Source of the DNA: Mycobacterium tuberculosis H37Rv
GTDB lineage: Bacteria > Actinomycetota > Actinomycetes > Mycobacteriales > Mycobacteriaceae
DNA: 32,000 bases
Reading direction: 5' to 3'
Assembly: GCF_000195955.2 (NCBI RefSeq)
Contig: NC_000962.3
Location: 180,001 to 212,000 of the forward strand
Part shown: positions 8,886-16,860 of the stretch, one piece after another
Layout of the letters: each line of letters begins with the position of its first letter
How positions within the stretch are numbered: position 1 is the first letter of the stretch
The notes under the pieces: model-generated
Databases searched by the model: none
The model's input: only the letters and a program-made list of their open reading frames with translations
Told to the model about the DNA's origin: nothing
Made by a program: the position numbers and the translations under genes

Positions 8886-8906
8886 CGCCGGGAAGCCCGG
8901 CGTTTT
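8886..8906 (+). terminator. Intrinsic-terminator-like hairpin reading on the plus strand, in the PE3-PE4 spacer
   Basis: CGCCGGG-AAG-CCCGGCG (8886-8902) immediately followed by TTTT (8903-8906). Confidence 0.4.
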
Positions 8907-8930
8907 CGGCCAATCGTTATCGCGGCCGCG

Positions 8931-10439
8931 TCAGGTGAAGACCGGTGGCGGGATCAGGTGCAGGATGTTGCCGAGACCGCCACTCATCAGGGATAGCAGT
9001 GTCACCTGTGGCTGGCCGAAGTAGAAATTCAGGCCCGGGTTTATCGACGGGACCCACGGATAGCTGTCCGGGAACCACTCCGGCCCAATCAATCCGGCTT
9101 CCACCCCAATCTCCACGATGGCGCCATAGGGCGCCTGCAGGCTCCCTTTGATCAGGTAATACGTGACAGCGAACGGGTTGGGGATCGAGAACAGCCCGGC
9201 CGGAGTGGGGATATCCGCGTAATTGCCGCCCGGCCCGTAGTCGGCGTAGCCCAAGTCGACGAGCACCCGCAGCTGCGGCTGGAACAGGTCGGCGATCGGG
9301 GGACCGGCGTAGGGGATGTCACGGATCGGCTGGAGCAGTGGCAGATCCTGAGTCAGGAACATGTAGTACTGGGTGTTGCCGGTATAGCCCGGGGAGGTCG
9401 GCAACGGCACCGCGTTATCCACCTGGGTGGCCATGAGTTCCGGGTACGTGTTGTGCACGTAGAAGTAGCCCATGAAGGCGTTGATGTCCGACAGGATGCG
9501 CAGCGGGAATTGCGGCGCGTGGGCGATGCCGTCGTACTGGGCCGTGTAAATGTGTGTCGGGTAGGGACTATTCGCCGGGGTTGCGCCATTGAACGGCACG
9601 TCCAGGAACGGGATGTAGAAGCCGGGGAAGCGCGCCAGCAGCCCGCCGACGGGATTGTTGCCACTACCAATCATGACGAAGGAGATATCGTCCGGATTCG
9701 GCGAACCCATCGCCATCAGCGAATTGATGTAGTTGTTGATGATCGTGGCGCTCTGCGAGTAGCCGAACGCAACGACCTTGTTGTCGAGGGCCAGTTGGTT
9801 GTTGACGGCGGTATTCAGCAGCGCCACGCCTTCGGTGACGGACTGGTTGAACGTCAGATTGCCGAGGTCGGGGGTAACCGGCCAGAACTGCTCGGGCGTG
9901 AACAGGCCTTGCGAGACAGCACCCGGGAAGAGGGTCTGGATGAAAGCCTTGTTGATGTCTGTCACGTACTCGGGGTCGGGTAGCGGGTTATTGGTGCCGC
10001 CCATAATCAACGCCGTTATCGGACTCTCCGCAGCCAGCTGCGCGATCGCCGGCAGCCCGCCGGCCCCGCTGGATCCGTTGGGGCTCAACGGCGCACGGCC
10101 CAACAGCGTCCGGATCGGTGCGTTGATAGTGTCCAGCGCGTGCGATACCCGGGCCGCATTGGCCGCTTCGGCGTGTGCGTAGGCGTTGCCGGCGGCCTCC
10201 AACGTCCGGGTGAACTCGCTGTGGAACGCCGCGGCCTGCTTGACGACCGCCTGATACTCCCGCCCGTATGCGCTGAACAGGGCCGCCGTTGCCGCCGAAA
10301 CCTCATCGCCGGCCGCGGCCAGCAGGTTACATGTCGGGCCTGCCGCAGCCGCGTTGGCGGCCCGCAGCGTGGAAGCGATCTCATCCACATGGGCAGCTGC
10401 CGTCGCCAGCATGTCAGGGGCTGTGACCAGGTGCGACAT
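8931..10439 (-). CDS. PE4: PE-family protein with C-terminal PE-PPE domain, 502 aa
   Basis: MSHLVTAPDMLATAAAHVDEIASTLRAANAAAAGPTC...; VVAFGYSQSATIINNYI; LPTSPGYTGNTQYYMFLTQDLPLLQPIRDIPYAG. Confidence 0.93.
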   Translation of the reverse strand: MSHLVTAPDMLATAAAHVDEIASTLRAANAAAAGPTCNLLAAAGDEVSAATAALFSAYGREYQAVVKQAAAFHSEFTRTLEAAGNAYAHAEAANAARVSHALDTINAPIRTLLGRAPLSPNGSSGAGGLPAIAQLAAESPITALIMGGTNNPLPDPEYVTDINKAFIQTLFPGAVSQGLFTPEQFWPVTPDLGNLTFNQSVTEGVALLNTAVNNQLALDNKVVAFGYSQSATIINNYINSLMAMGSPNPDDISFVMIGSGNNPVGGLLARFPGFYIPFLDVPFNGATPANSPYPTHIYTAQYDGIAHAPQFPLRILSDINAFMGYFYVHNTYPELMATQVDNAVPLPTSPGYTGNTQYYMFLTQDLPLLQPIRDIPYAGPPIADLFQPQLRVLVDLGYADYGPGGNYADIPTPAGLFSIPNPFAVTYYLIKGSLQAPYGAIVEIGVEAGLIGPEWFPDSYPWVPSINPGLNFYFGQPQVTLLSLMSGGLGNILHLIPPPVFT

Positions 10440-10606
10440 CTCCCCGTCCTTCCCAACGGACCGGCGCCCGCACCGGTCACTTGGGACTGACCCGCTACCG
10501 CGGGTATTAGGTACTTAACGAGAGTAAGGCGGTCCTGCCGCTACGTCCGGCGTTTGGACAAACCTCGATGACTGCCTGACCTATGGCGGCTGCTATAACC
10601 GCGAGC

Positions 10607-11956
10607 ATGCTAACCAGCTTGGTGAGTGCGGTCGGATCGCATCACGTCACCACCGACCCTGACGTGCTGGCCGGCCGCAGCGTCGACCACACCGGCCGCT
10701 ATCGGGGCCGGGCCAGCGCGCTGGTGCGGCCCGGCTCGGCTGAAGAGGTCGCCGAAGTGCTGCGGGTGTGCCGGGACGCTGGAGCCTATGTCACCGTTCA
10801 AGGCGGCCGCACCTCACTGGTGGCGGGCACCGTTCCCGAACACGACGACGTGCTGCTGTCTACCGAACGGCTTTGCGTCGTCAGCGATGTCGATACCGTT
10901 GAGCGCCGAATCGAGATCGGTGCCGGGGTCACACTGGCCGCGGTGCAGCACGCCGCGTCAACGGCTGGGCTGGTGTTCGGCGTGGATTTGTCGGCCCGGG
11001 ATACCGCGACCGTCGGTGGCATGGCCTCGACGAACGCCGGCGGATTGCGCACGGTCCGTTACGGCAACATGGGCGAGCAGGTTGTCGGGCTAGACGTCGC
11101 GCTGCCCGACGGTACGGTGCTGCGCCGGCACAGCCGGGTGCGTCGCGACAACACCGGCTACGACCTGCCCGCGCTGTTCGTCGGGGCCGAAGGCACCCTG
11201 GGGGTTATCACCGCGCTGGATCTGCGGCTGCACCCCACCCCGTCGCATCGGGTGACAGCCGTGTGCGGGTTCGCCGAGCTGGCAGCGCTGGTCGATGCCG
11301 GCCGAATGTTCCGCGACGTGGAGGGCATCGCGGCGTTGGAATTGATTGACGGTCGGGCCGCCGCGCTAACCCGTGAACATCTTGGCGTTCGCCCCCCCGT
11401 CGAGGCTGACTGGTTGCTATTGGTGGAACTGGCCGCCGACCACGATCAGACCGACCGGCTCGCCGACCTGCTCGGCGGTGCACGGATGTGCGGGGAGCCC
11501 GCGGTCGGTGTGGATGCCGCTGCGCAGCAACGGTTGTGGCGCACCCGTGAATCGCTGGCCGAGGTGCTCGGTGTGTACGGCCCGCCGCTGAAGTTCGACG
11601 TCTCGCTGCCATTGTCGGCGATCAGCGGCTTCGCCCGAGATGCGGTCGCGTTGGTTCACCGACACGTCCCGGATTCTCCGGAGGCGTTGCCGCTGTTGTT
11701 CGGTCACATCGGTGAGGGCAACCTGCACCTGAACGTGCTGCGTTGCCCGCCTGATCGGGAACCGGCGTTGTACGCAAAGATGATGGGCCTCATCGCCGAA
11801 TGCGGCGGTAACGTCAGTTCAGAACATGGGGTGGGCAGCCGCAAGCGTGCCTACCTGGGAATGTCCCGGCAGGCCAACGACGTCGCCGCGATGCGGAGGG
11901 TCAAGGCGGCGTTGGACCCGACCGGGTACCTTAACGCCGCGGTCTTGTTCGACTGA
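10607..11956 (+). CDS. FAD-linked oxidase/dehydrogenase, GlcD/D-lactate dehydrogenase-like (Rv0161-type), 449 aa
   Basis: RPGSAEEVAEVLRVCRDAGAYVTVQGGRTSLVAGTVP (FAD_binding_4) and C-terminal FGHIGEGNLHLNVL...SSEHGVGSRKRAYL (FAD-oxidase C). ORF could extend to 10583. Confidence 0.88.
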   Translation: MLTSLVSAVGSHHVTTDPDVLAGRSVDHTGRYRGRASALVRPGSAEEVAEVLRVCRDAGAYVTVQGGRTSLVAGTVPEHDDVLLSTERLCVVSDVDTVERRIEIGAGVTLAAVQHAASTAGLVFGVDLSARDTATVGGMASTNAGGLRTVRYGNMGEQVVGLDVALPDGTVLRRHSRVRRDNTGYDLPALFVGAEGTLGVITALDLRLHPTPSHRVTAVCGFAELAALVDAGRMFRDVEGIAALELIDGRAAALTREHLGVRPPVEADWLLLVELAADHDQTDRLADLLGGARMCGEPAVGVDAAAQQRLWRTRESLAEVLGVYGPPLKFDVSLPLSAISGFARDAVALVHRHVPDSPEALPLLFGHIGEGNLHLNVLRCPPDREPALYAKMMGLIAECGGNVSSEHGVGSRKRAYLGMSRQANDVAAMRRVKAALDPTGYLNAAVLFD

Positions 11957-11983
11957 CCGGTGCTGCGCAAGCATTCAGCGCCT

Positions 11984-13135
11984 TTAGAGATCACCGGTGA
12001 AACTGATGAGCTGACGCACCGCGATGCCATCGGCGAGGTGGTCCATCGCCTCGTTGATATCGTCCAACCGAATCGTTGACGTCACCAGCGACTCCACCGG
12101 CAGACGGCCCGATTGCCACAACGACACGAAGCGGGGAATGTCGTGGCTGGGCACCGCCGAACCCAGATAGCTGCCGATCAGTGACCGGCCTTCGGTGACA
12201 AAATCCAACGGCGACAAGCTGATCCGGACATCCGGTGGCGGCAACCCGACGGTGATGGTGCGCCCTCCGGGCGCGGTAAGCCCGATCGCGGTGTGCAGCG
12301 CGGCAGGATGACCGACGGCTTCGACAACCACGGCGGCTTTGACCCCGCCGGCCGTGGCCTGCTGCGGTGTGTAGATCTCATGGGCGCCCAAGGCCTTTGC
12401 GGCCGACAGCTTTTCGGGTAGCTGATCGACGGCGACCACACGAACGTCTGTATACGTCAAAGCGGTGAGCACCGCTGCCATACCGACGCCCCCGAGGCCG
12501 ACGACGGCGACCGACTGGCCGGGCTGCGGATCACCGACGTTGAGTACCGCACCCCCACCGGTGAGCACCGCGCACCCGAGTAGGGCAGCGACGGTGGGCG
12601 GCACCTCGTGCGGCACCGGAACCACGCTGGCCCGGTTGACGACGACATGGGTCGCGAAACCCGAGACGCCGAGGTGGTGGTACACCGGGCGGCCGCCCCG
12701 GCTGAGCCGGATACCGCCACCGAGCAGTGTGCCGGCCTTGTTGGCCGCGCTGCCCGGTTCGCACGGCGTCCGACCGTCGGTCGCGCACGCCGCGCACTGG
12801 CCGCAACGCGGAAGGAACACCAGCACGACTCGCTGACCGACCGCGACCCCGTCGACGCCGTCGCCGACCTGCTCGACGATTCCAGCGGCTTCATGACCGA
12901 GCAAGATCGGCACCGGCCGTACCCGGGTGCCGTCGACCACCGACAGGTCGGAGTGGCACACGCCCGCAGCCTCGATTCGGACAAGGACCTCACCGCGGTC
13001 GGGCGGGTCCAGGTGCAGCTCGACGACGCTGATTGGTTTCGACCGCCAATAGGGCCGCGGCACACCGATCTGGTCTAGCACCGCGCCCCGGATGGCAGGC
13101 ATGTTGGAATACAACCATGGCTGCACTGCCGGCAC
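11984..13135 (-). CDS. adhE1: Zinc-type alcohol dehydrogenase, 383 aa (alternative start at 13102)
   Basis: GVCHSDLSVVDG, GHEAAGIVEQVGDGV, CGQCAACATDGRTPCEPG, VAVVGLGGVGMAAVLTAL: MDR zinc-dependent alcohol dehydrogenase motifs. Confidence 0.93.
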   Translation of the reverse strand: MPAVQPWLYSNMPAIRGAVLDQIGVPRPYWRSKPISVVELHLDPPDRGEVLVRIEAAGVCHSDLSVVDGTRVRPVPILLGHEAAGIVEQVGDGVDGVAVGQRVVLVFLPRCGQCAACATDGRTPCEPGSAANKAGTLLGGGIRLSRGGRPVYHHLGVSGFATHVVVNRASVVPVPHEVPPTVAALLGCAVLTGGGAVLNVGDPQPGQSVAVVGLGGVGMAAVLTALTYTDVRVVAVDQLPEKLSAAKALGAHEIYTPQQATAGGVKAAVVVEAVGHPAALHTAIGLTAPGGRTITVGLPPPDVRISLSPLDFVTEGRSLIGSYLGSAVPSHDIPRFVSLWQSGRLPVESLVTSTIRLDDINEAMDHLADGIAVRQLISFTGDL

Positions 13136-13572
13136 CGGAGAAGCTCCTGCGCAGCGACTTTCCGGTGCTGTGGCCGGTGGGAACTCGATGGGCCGACAAC
13201 GACATGTTCGGCCACCTCAACAACGCCGTCTACTACCAGCTGTTTGACACCGCGATAAACGCCTGGATCAACACGAGCACCGGGGTTGACCCGCTCGCGA
13301 TGCCTGTGCTGGGCATTGTCGCGGAGTCGGGCTGCCGTTATTTCTCGGAACTGCGTTTCCCGGAGAGCCTAATGGTGGGCCTGGCTGTGACGCGGTTGGG
13401 GCGCAGCAGCGTCACCTACCGGCTGGGTGTGTTTAAGGAGCCTGACGATGCGGGGGTGATCACCGCACTCGGGCACTGGGTGCACGTCTATGTCGATCGG
13501 ACTAGCCGCAGGCCGGTTCCGATTCCCGAGGCCATTCGGTCGCTGTTGTCGACGGCTTGCGTAAGCGGATAA
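13117..13572 (+). CDS. Thioesterase-like (hotdog fold) protein, 151 aa (Rv0163-type)
   Basis: TRWADNDMFGHLNNAVYYQLFDTAINAWI resembles the 4-hydroxybenzoyl-CoA thioesterase active-site motif. Confidence 0.85.
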   Translation: MAALPAPEKLLRSDFPVLWPVGTRWADNDMFGHLNNAVYYQLFDTAINAWINTSTGVDPLAMPVLGIVAESGCRYFSELRFPESLMVGLAVTRLGRSSVTYRLGVFKEPDDAGVITALGHWVHVYVDRTSRRPVPIPEAIRSLLSTACVSG

Positions 13573-13625
13573 GCCGCGCCCAGATTGCGTTCAGGGCTGT
13601 GATTTTCGCCGCTCCAACCACAGCC

Positions 13626-14111
13626 ATGACGGCAATCTCGTGCTCACCGCGACCCAGGTATGCTTCCCGAATGCCAGTTTTGAGCAAGACCGTCGAGGTC
13701 ACCGCCGACGCCGCATCGATCATGGCCATCGTTGCCGATATCGAGCGCTACCCAGAGTGGAATGAAGGGGTCAAGGGCGCATGGGTGCTCGCTCGCTACG
13801 ATGACGGGCGTCCCAGCCAGGTGCGGCTCGACACCGCTGTTCAAGGCATCGAGGGCACCTATATCCACGCCGTGTACTACCCAGGCGAAAACCAGATTCA
13901 AACCGTCATGCAGCAGGGTGAACTGTTTGCCAAGCAGGAGCAGCTGTTCAGTGTGGTGGCAACCGGCGCCGCGAGCTTGCTCACGGTGGACATGGACGTC
14001 CAGGTCACCATGCCGGTGCCCGAGCCGATGGTGAAGATGCTGCTCAACAACGTCCTGGAGCATCTCGCCGAAAATCTCAAGCAGCGCGCCGAGCAGCTGG
14101 CGGCCAGCTAA
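13626..14111 (+). CDS. TB18.5: TB18.5 conserved protein, SRPBCC/polyketide cyclase-like, 161 aa
   Basis: VLSKTVEVTADAASIMAIVADIERYPEWNEGVKGAWVL...; NVLEHLAENLKQRAEQLAAS. Confidence 0.88.
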   Translation: MTAISCSPRPRYASRMPVLSKTVEVTADAASIMAIVADIERYPEWNEGVKGAWVLARYDDGRPSQVRLDTAVQGIEGTYIHAVYYPGENQIQTVMQQGELFAKQEQLFSVVATGAASLLTVDMDVQVTMPVPEPMVKMLLNNVLEHLAENLKQRAEQLAAS

Positions 14112-14143
14112 GGCATGTGCGGGCTCAGCCGAAGACTTCGGTC

Positions 14144-14938
14144 TCAGCCAGGGCCTCCGTCAGCCTGCGTGCCCCATCGGTGAACTGCCAGACGGTGTGC
14201 TCGATTACGGCGGCTGTGTCGCGGCGGCGCAGCGCGGCGATCAGCTGCCGATGACTGTTCACCGCGTCCGCGCCCCATCGCGGGTCGGCCGCGAACACCT
14301 GCGCCCATATAGCGCGCGGCATTAAGCAGGAACCAGGCCAACTTGATCCGGCGGCTCGCTTTGTTGAAGACGCGGTGGAACGCGAACTCGATCGACGCGA
14401 TGGTTTTGGCATCACCGGACCCGATAGCACCGGCCAGCGCATTGTTGATGCGGTCCAGCTCGTCGATCTCAACGTCGGTGATGTGAGCGGTGGCCGATGT
14501 GGCAAGTTCTTGGGCAATGGTGGCCTGCAGCCAGAAAATGTCGTCGATGTCTTGGCGGGTCAACGGCAGCACCACGTGGCCGCGATGTGGCTCCAGCCCG
14601 ACCATCCCCTCACCGCGCAGTTTCAGCAGCGCCTCCCGCACCGGCGTGACGCTGACTCCGAGCTCGGCTGCCGTCTCGTCGAGACGGATGAACGTTCCAG
14701 AGCGCAGGGCGCCCGACATGATGGCGGCCCGCAGGTGGCCCGCGACCTCGTCGGACAACTGTGCCCGGCGCAGGGGAAGCTGGCTCCGCGGCTTCGCCGA
14801 TAGAGGTGCGTTCACGTGGCTTGCCAGGACTTTCAGGGTCGGGCCGGGATTGCCGGGGACTTGCCGGGGGCTTGGCGGGGGCTTGTTGTTGGGCCGCTCA
14901 GGCCATAGTGTGACCCAGACAACATCATGCTTTATCAA
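14144..14938 (-). CDS. mce1R: GntR/FadR-type regulator of the mce1 operon, 264 aa as an uninterrupted ORF; C-terminus apparently frameshifted and N-terminus probably over-extended
   Basis: wHTH RRAQLSDEVAGHLRAAIMSGALRSGTFIRLDETAAELGVSVTPVREALLKLRGEGMV followed by FCD-domain sequence; divergent from fadD5. Confidence 0.85.
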   Translation of the reverse strand: MIKHDVVWVTLWPERPNNKPPPSPRQVPGNPGPTLKVLASHVNAPLSAKPRSQLPLRRAQLSDEVAGHLRAAIMSGALRSGTFIRLDETAAELGVSVTPVREALLKLRGEGMVGLEPHRGHVVLPLTRQDIDDIFWLQATIAQELATSATAHITDVEIDELDRINNALAGAIGSGDAKTIASIEFAFHRVFNKASRRIKLAWFLLNAARYMGAGVRGRPAMGRGRGEQSSAADRRAAPPRHSRRNRAHRLAVHRWGTQADGGPG

Positions 14939-14992
14939 ATATCAACCTGGCGCAAGGGATGCGCAAGTGAAAGGAAGGGAAGGAAGGGATAG

Positions 14993-16657
14993 TTGACCGC
15001 GCAACTGGCCAGTCACCTGACGCGGGCGCTAACACTAGCCCAACAGCAGCCCTACCTTGCTCGCCGGCAGAACTGGGTCAACCAGCTCGAACGGCACGCG
15101 ATGATGCAGCCAGACGCGCCGGCGCTGAGGTTTGTGGGCAACACCATGACGTGGGCTGACCTAAGGCGCCGGGTTGCGGCGCTGGCGGGCGCATTGAGCG
15201 GTCGCGGGGTCGGTTTCGGCGATCGGGTCATGATCCTGATGCTTAACCGCACCGAGTTCGTCGAGTCGGTGCTGGCCGCCAACATGATCGGGGCCATCGC
15301 CGTACCACTGAATTTCCGGCTCACCCCAACCGAAATCGCCGTCCTGGTCGAAGACTGTGTCGCACACGTGATGCTGACCGAAGCTGCGCTGGCTCCGGTG
15401 GCCATCGGTGTCCGCAACATCCAGCCCTTGCTGAGCGTGATCGTGGTCGCCGGCGGATCCAGCCAGGACAGCGTGTTCGGCTATGAGGACCTACTCAACG
15501 AGGCCGGGGATGTCCACGAACCGGTGGACATCCCGAACGACTCGCCGGCCTTGATCATGTACACCTCGGGCACCACCGGCCGCCCGAAGGGCGCCGTGCT
15601 GACTCACGCGAACCTCACCGGTCAGGCGATGACCGCGCTCTACACCAGTGGCGCCAATATCAACAGCGACGTCGGTTTCGTCGGCGTCCCGCTGTTCCAT
15701 ATCGCCGGAATCGGCAACATGCTGACCGGGCTGCTGCTCGGCTTGCCCACGGTGATCTATCCGCTGGGCGCGTTCGACCCGGGACAGCTGCTCGACGTGC
15801 TGGAGGCAGAGAAGGTCACCGGCATCTTTCTGGTTCCCGCGCAGTGGCAGGCGGTCTGTACCGAACAGCAAGCACGACCACGTGACTTGAGGTTACGGGT
15901 GTTGTCGTGGGGAGCTGCGCCGGCGCCGGATGCGTTGCTGCGGCAGATGTCGGCAACCTTTCCCGAAACCCAGATACTGGCCGCATTCGGCCAGACCGAG
16001 ATGTCACCGGTCACCTGCATGCTGCTCGGCGAAGATGCGATCGCTAAGCGCGGATCGGTCGGCAGGGTGATCCCGACCGTCGCCGCAAGGGTGGTCGATC
16101 AGAACATGAACGATGTCCCCGTCGGCGAAGTGGGCGAAATTGTCTACCGGGCACCAACATTGATGAGCTGCTACTGGAACAACCCGGAGGCCACCGCGGA
16201 GGCGTTCGCAGGCGGCTGGTTCCATTCTGGGGATCTGGTTCGTATGGACTCCGACGGTTACGTCTGGGTGGTGGACCGCAAGAAGGACATGATTATCTCC
16301 GGCGGTGAAAACATTTACTGCGCCGAGCTGGAAAACGTTCTGGCCAGCCATCCCGACATCGCCGAAGTCGCGGTCATCGGCCGGGCCGACGAGAAGTGGG
16401 GAGAGGTGCCGATCGCGGTCGCGGCCGTAACGAACGACGACCTTCGGATCGAAGACCTAGGTGAGTTCCTGACCGACCGGCTTGCGCGCTACAAGCACCC
16501 CAAGGCGCTCGAGATCGTGGACGCTCTGCCCCGCAACCCCGCGGGGAAGGTGCTCAAGACTGAACTGCGATTGCGCTACGGCGCCTGTGTGAATGTTGAA
16601 AGACGTTCTGCATCAGCTGGTTTCACGGAGAGAAGGGAAAACCGACAGAAATTGTAA
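14993..16657 (+). CDS. fadD5: Fatty-acid-CoA ligase, 554 aa
   Basis: AMP-binding motif PALIMYTSGTTGRPKGAVLTH; GWFHSGDLVRMDSDGYVWVVDRKKDMIISGGENIYCAELE; PRNPAGKVLKTELR. Confidence 0.95.
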   Translation: MTAQLASHLTRALTLAQQQPYLARRQNWVNQLERHAMMQPDAPALRFVGNTMTWADLRRRVAALAGALSGRGVGFGDRVMILMLNRTEFVESVLAANMIGAIAVPLNFRLTPTEIAVLVEDCVAHVMLTEAALAPVAIGVRNIQPLLSVIVVAGGSSQDSVFGYEDLLNEAGDVHEPVDIPNDSPALIMYTSGTTGRPKGAVLTHANLTGQAMTALYTSGANINSDVGFVGVPLFHIAGIGNMLTGLLLGLPTVIYPLGAFDPGQLLDVLEAEKVTGIFLVPAQWQAVCTEQQARPRDLRLRVLSWGAAPAPDALLRQMSATFPETQILAAFGQTEMSPVTCMLLGEDAIAKRGSVGRVIPTVAARVVDQNMNDVPVGEVGEIVYRAPTLMSCYWNNPEATAEAFAGGWFHSGDLVRMDSDGYVWVVDRKKDMIISGGENIYCAELENVLASHPDIAEVAVIGRADEKWGEVPIAVAAVTNDDLRIEDLGEFLTDRLARYKHPKALEIVDALPRNPAGKVLKTELRLRYGACVNVERRSASAGFTERRENRQKL

Positions 16658-16739
16658 CGTTTGCCCGCTATTGACGAAGGGTTAAATGTGCGGATGCCTT
16701 ACACTCCTGGCTGGCCATCGGGTAGATTCCTGTGGTCTC

Positions 16740-16760
16740 CGTTACTCCCTGTGAGTAACG
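16740..16760. promoter_or_regulatory. Candidate operator: perfect 8+8 bp inverted repeat in the fadD5-yrbE1A spacer
   Basis: CGTTACTC-CCTGT-GAGTAACG read directly at 16740-16760. Confidence 0.45.
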
Positions 16761-16808
16761 AGGTGGCGGTCACACACCAAGGGTCGGGGCAAGGAGGAGG
16801 CGTGCGAC

Positions 16809-16850
16809 ATGATGCGCCGCGGCGCCGCGATACCCAGGTCGGCGGCTTGA
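16809..16850 (+). other. Candidate 13-codon leader ORF (MMRRGAAIPRSAA-stop) upstream of yrbE1A
   Basis: AAGGAGGAGG (16791-16800), 8 nt, then ATG at 16809; TGA at 16848-16850; yrbE1A GTG begins at 16861 in a different frame. Confidence 0.35.
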
Positions 16851-16860
16851 GGGAGCCGCG

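Noticed and set aside
7433-10439. PE3/PE4 considered as one duplicated mobile or toxin-like module
   Set aside because: They are ordinary PE-PPE-domain paralogs of the multi-gene PE family with no transposase or flanking repeats; duplication is expected for this family.
11208-11612. Minus-strand ORFs opposite the FAD-linked oxidase
   Set aside because: Arg/Pro-rich shadow composition and no recognisable domain.
11956-11998. ACCGGTG...CACCGGT pair between the oxidase and adhE1
   Set aside because: Short arms 29 nt apart with no T-run; could arise by chance in this composition.
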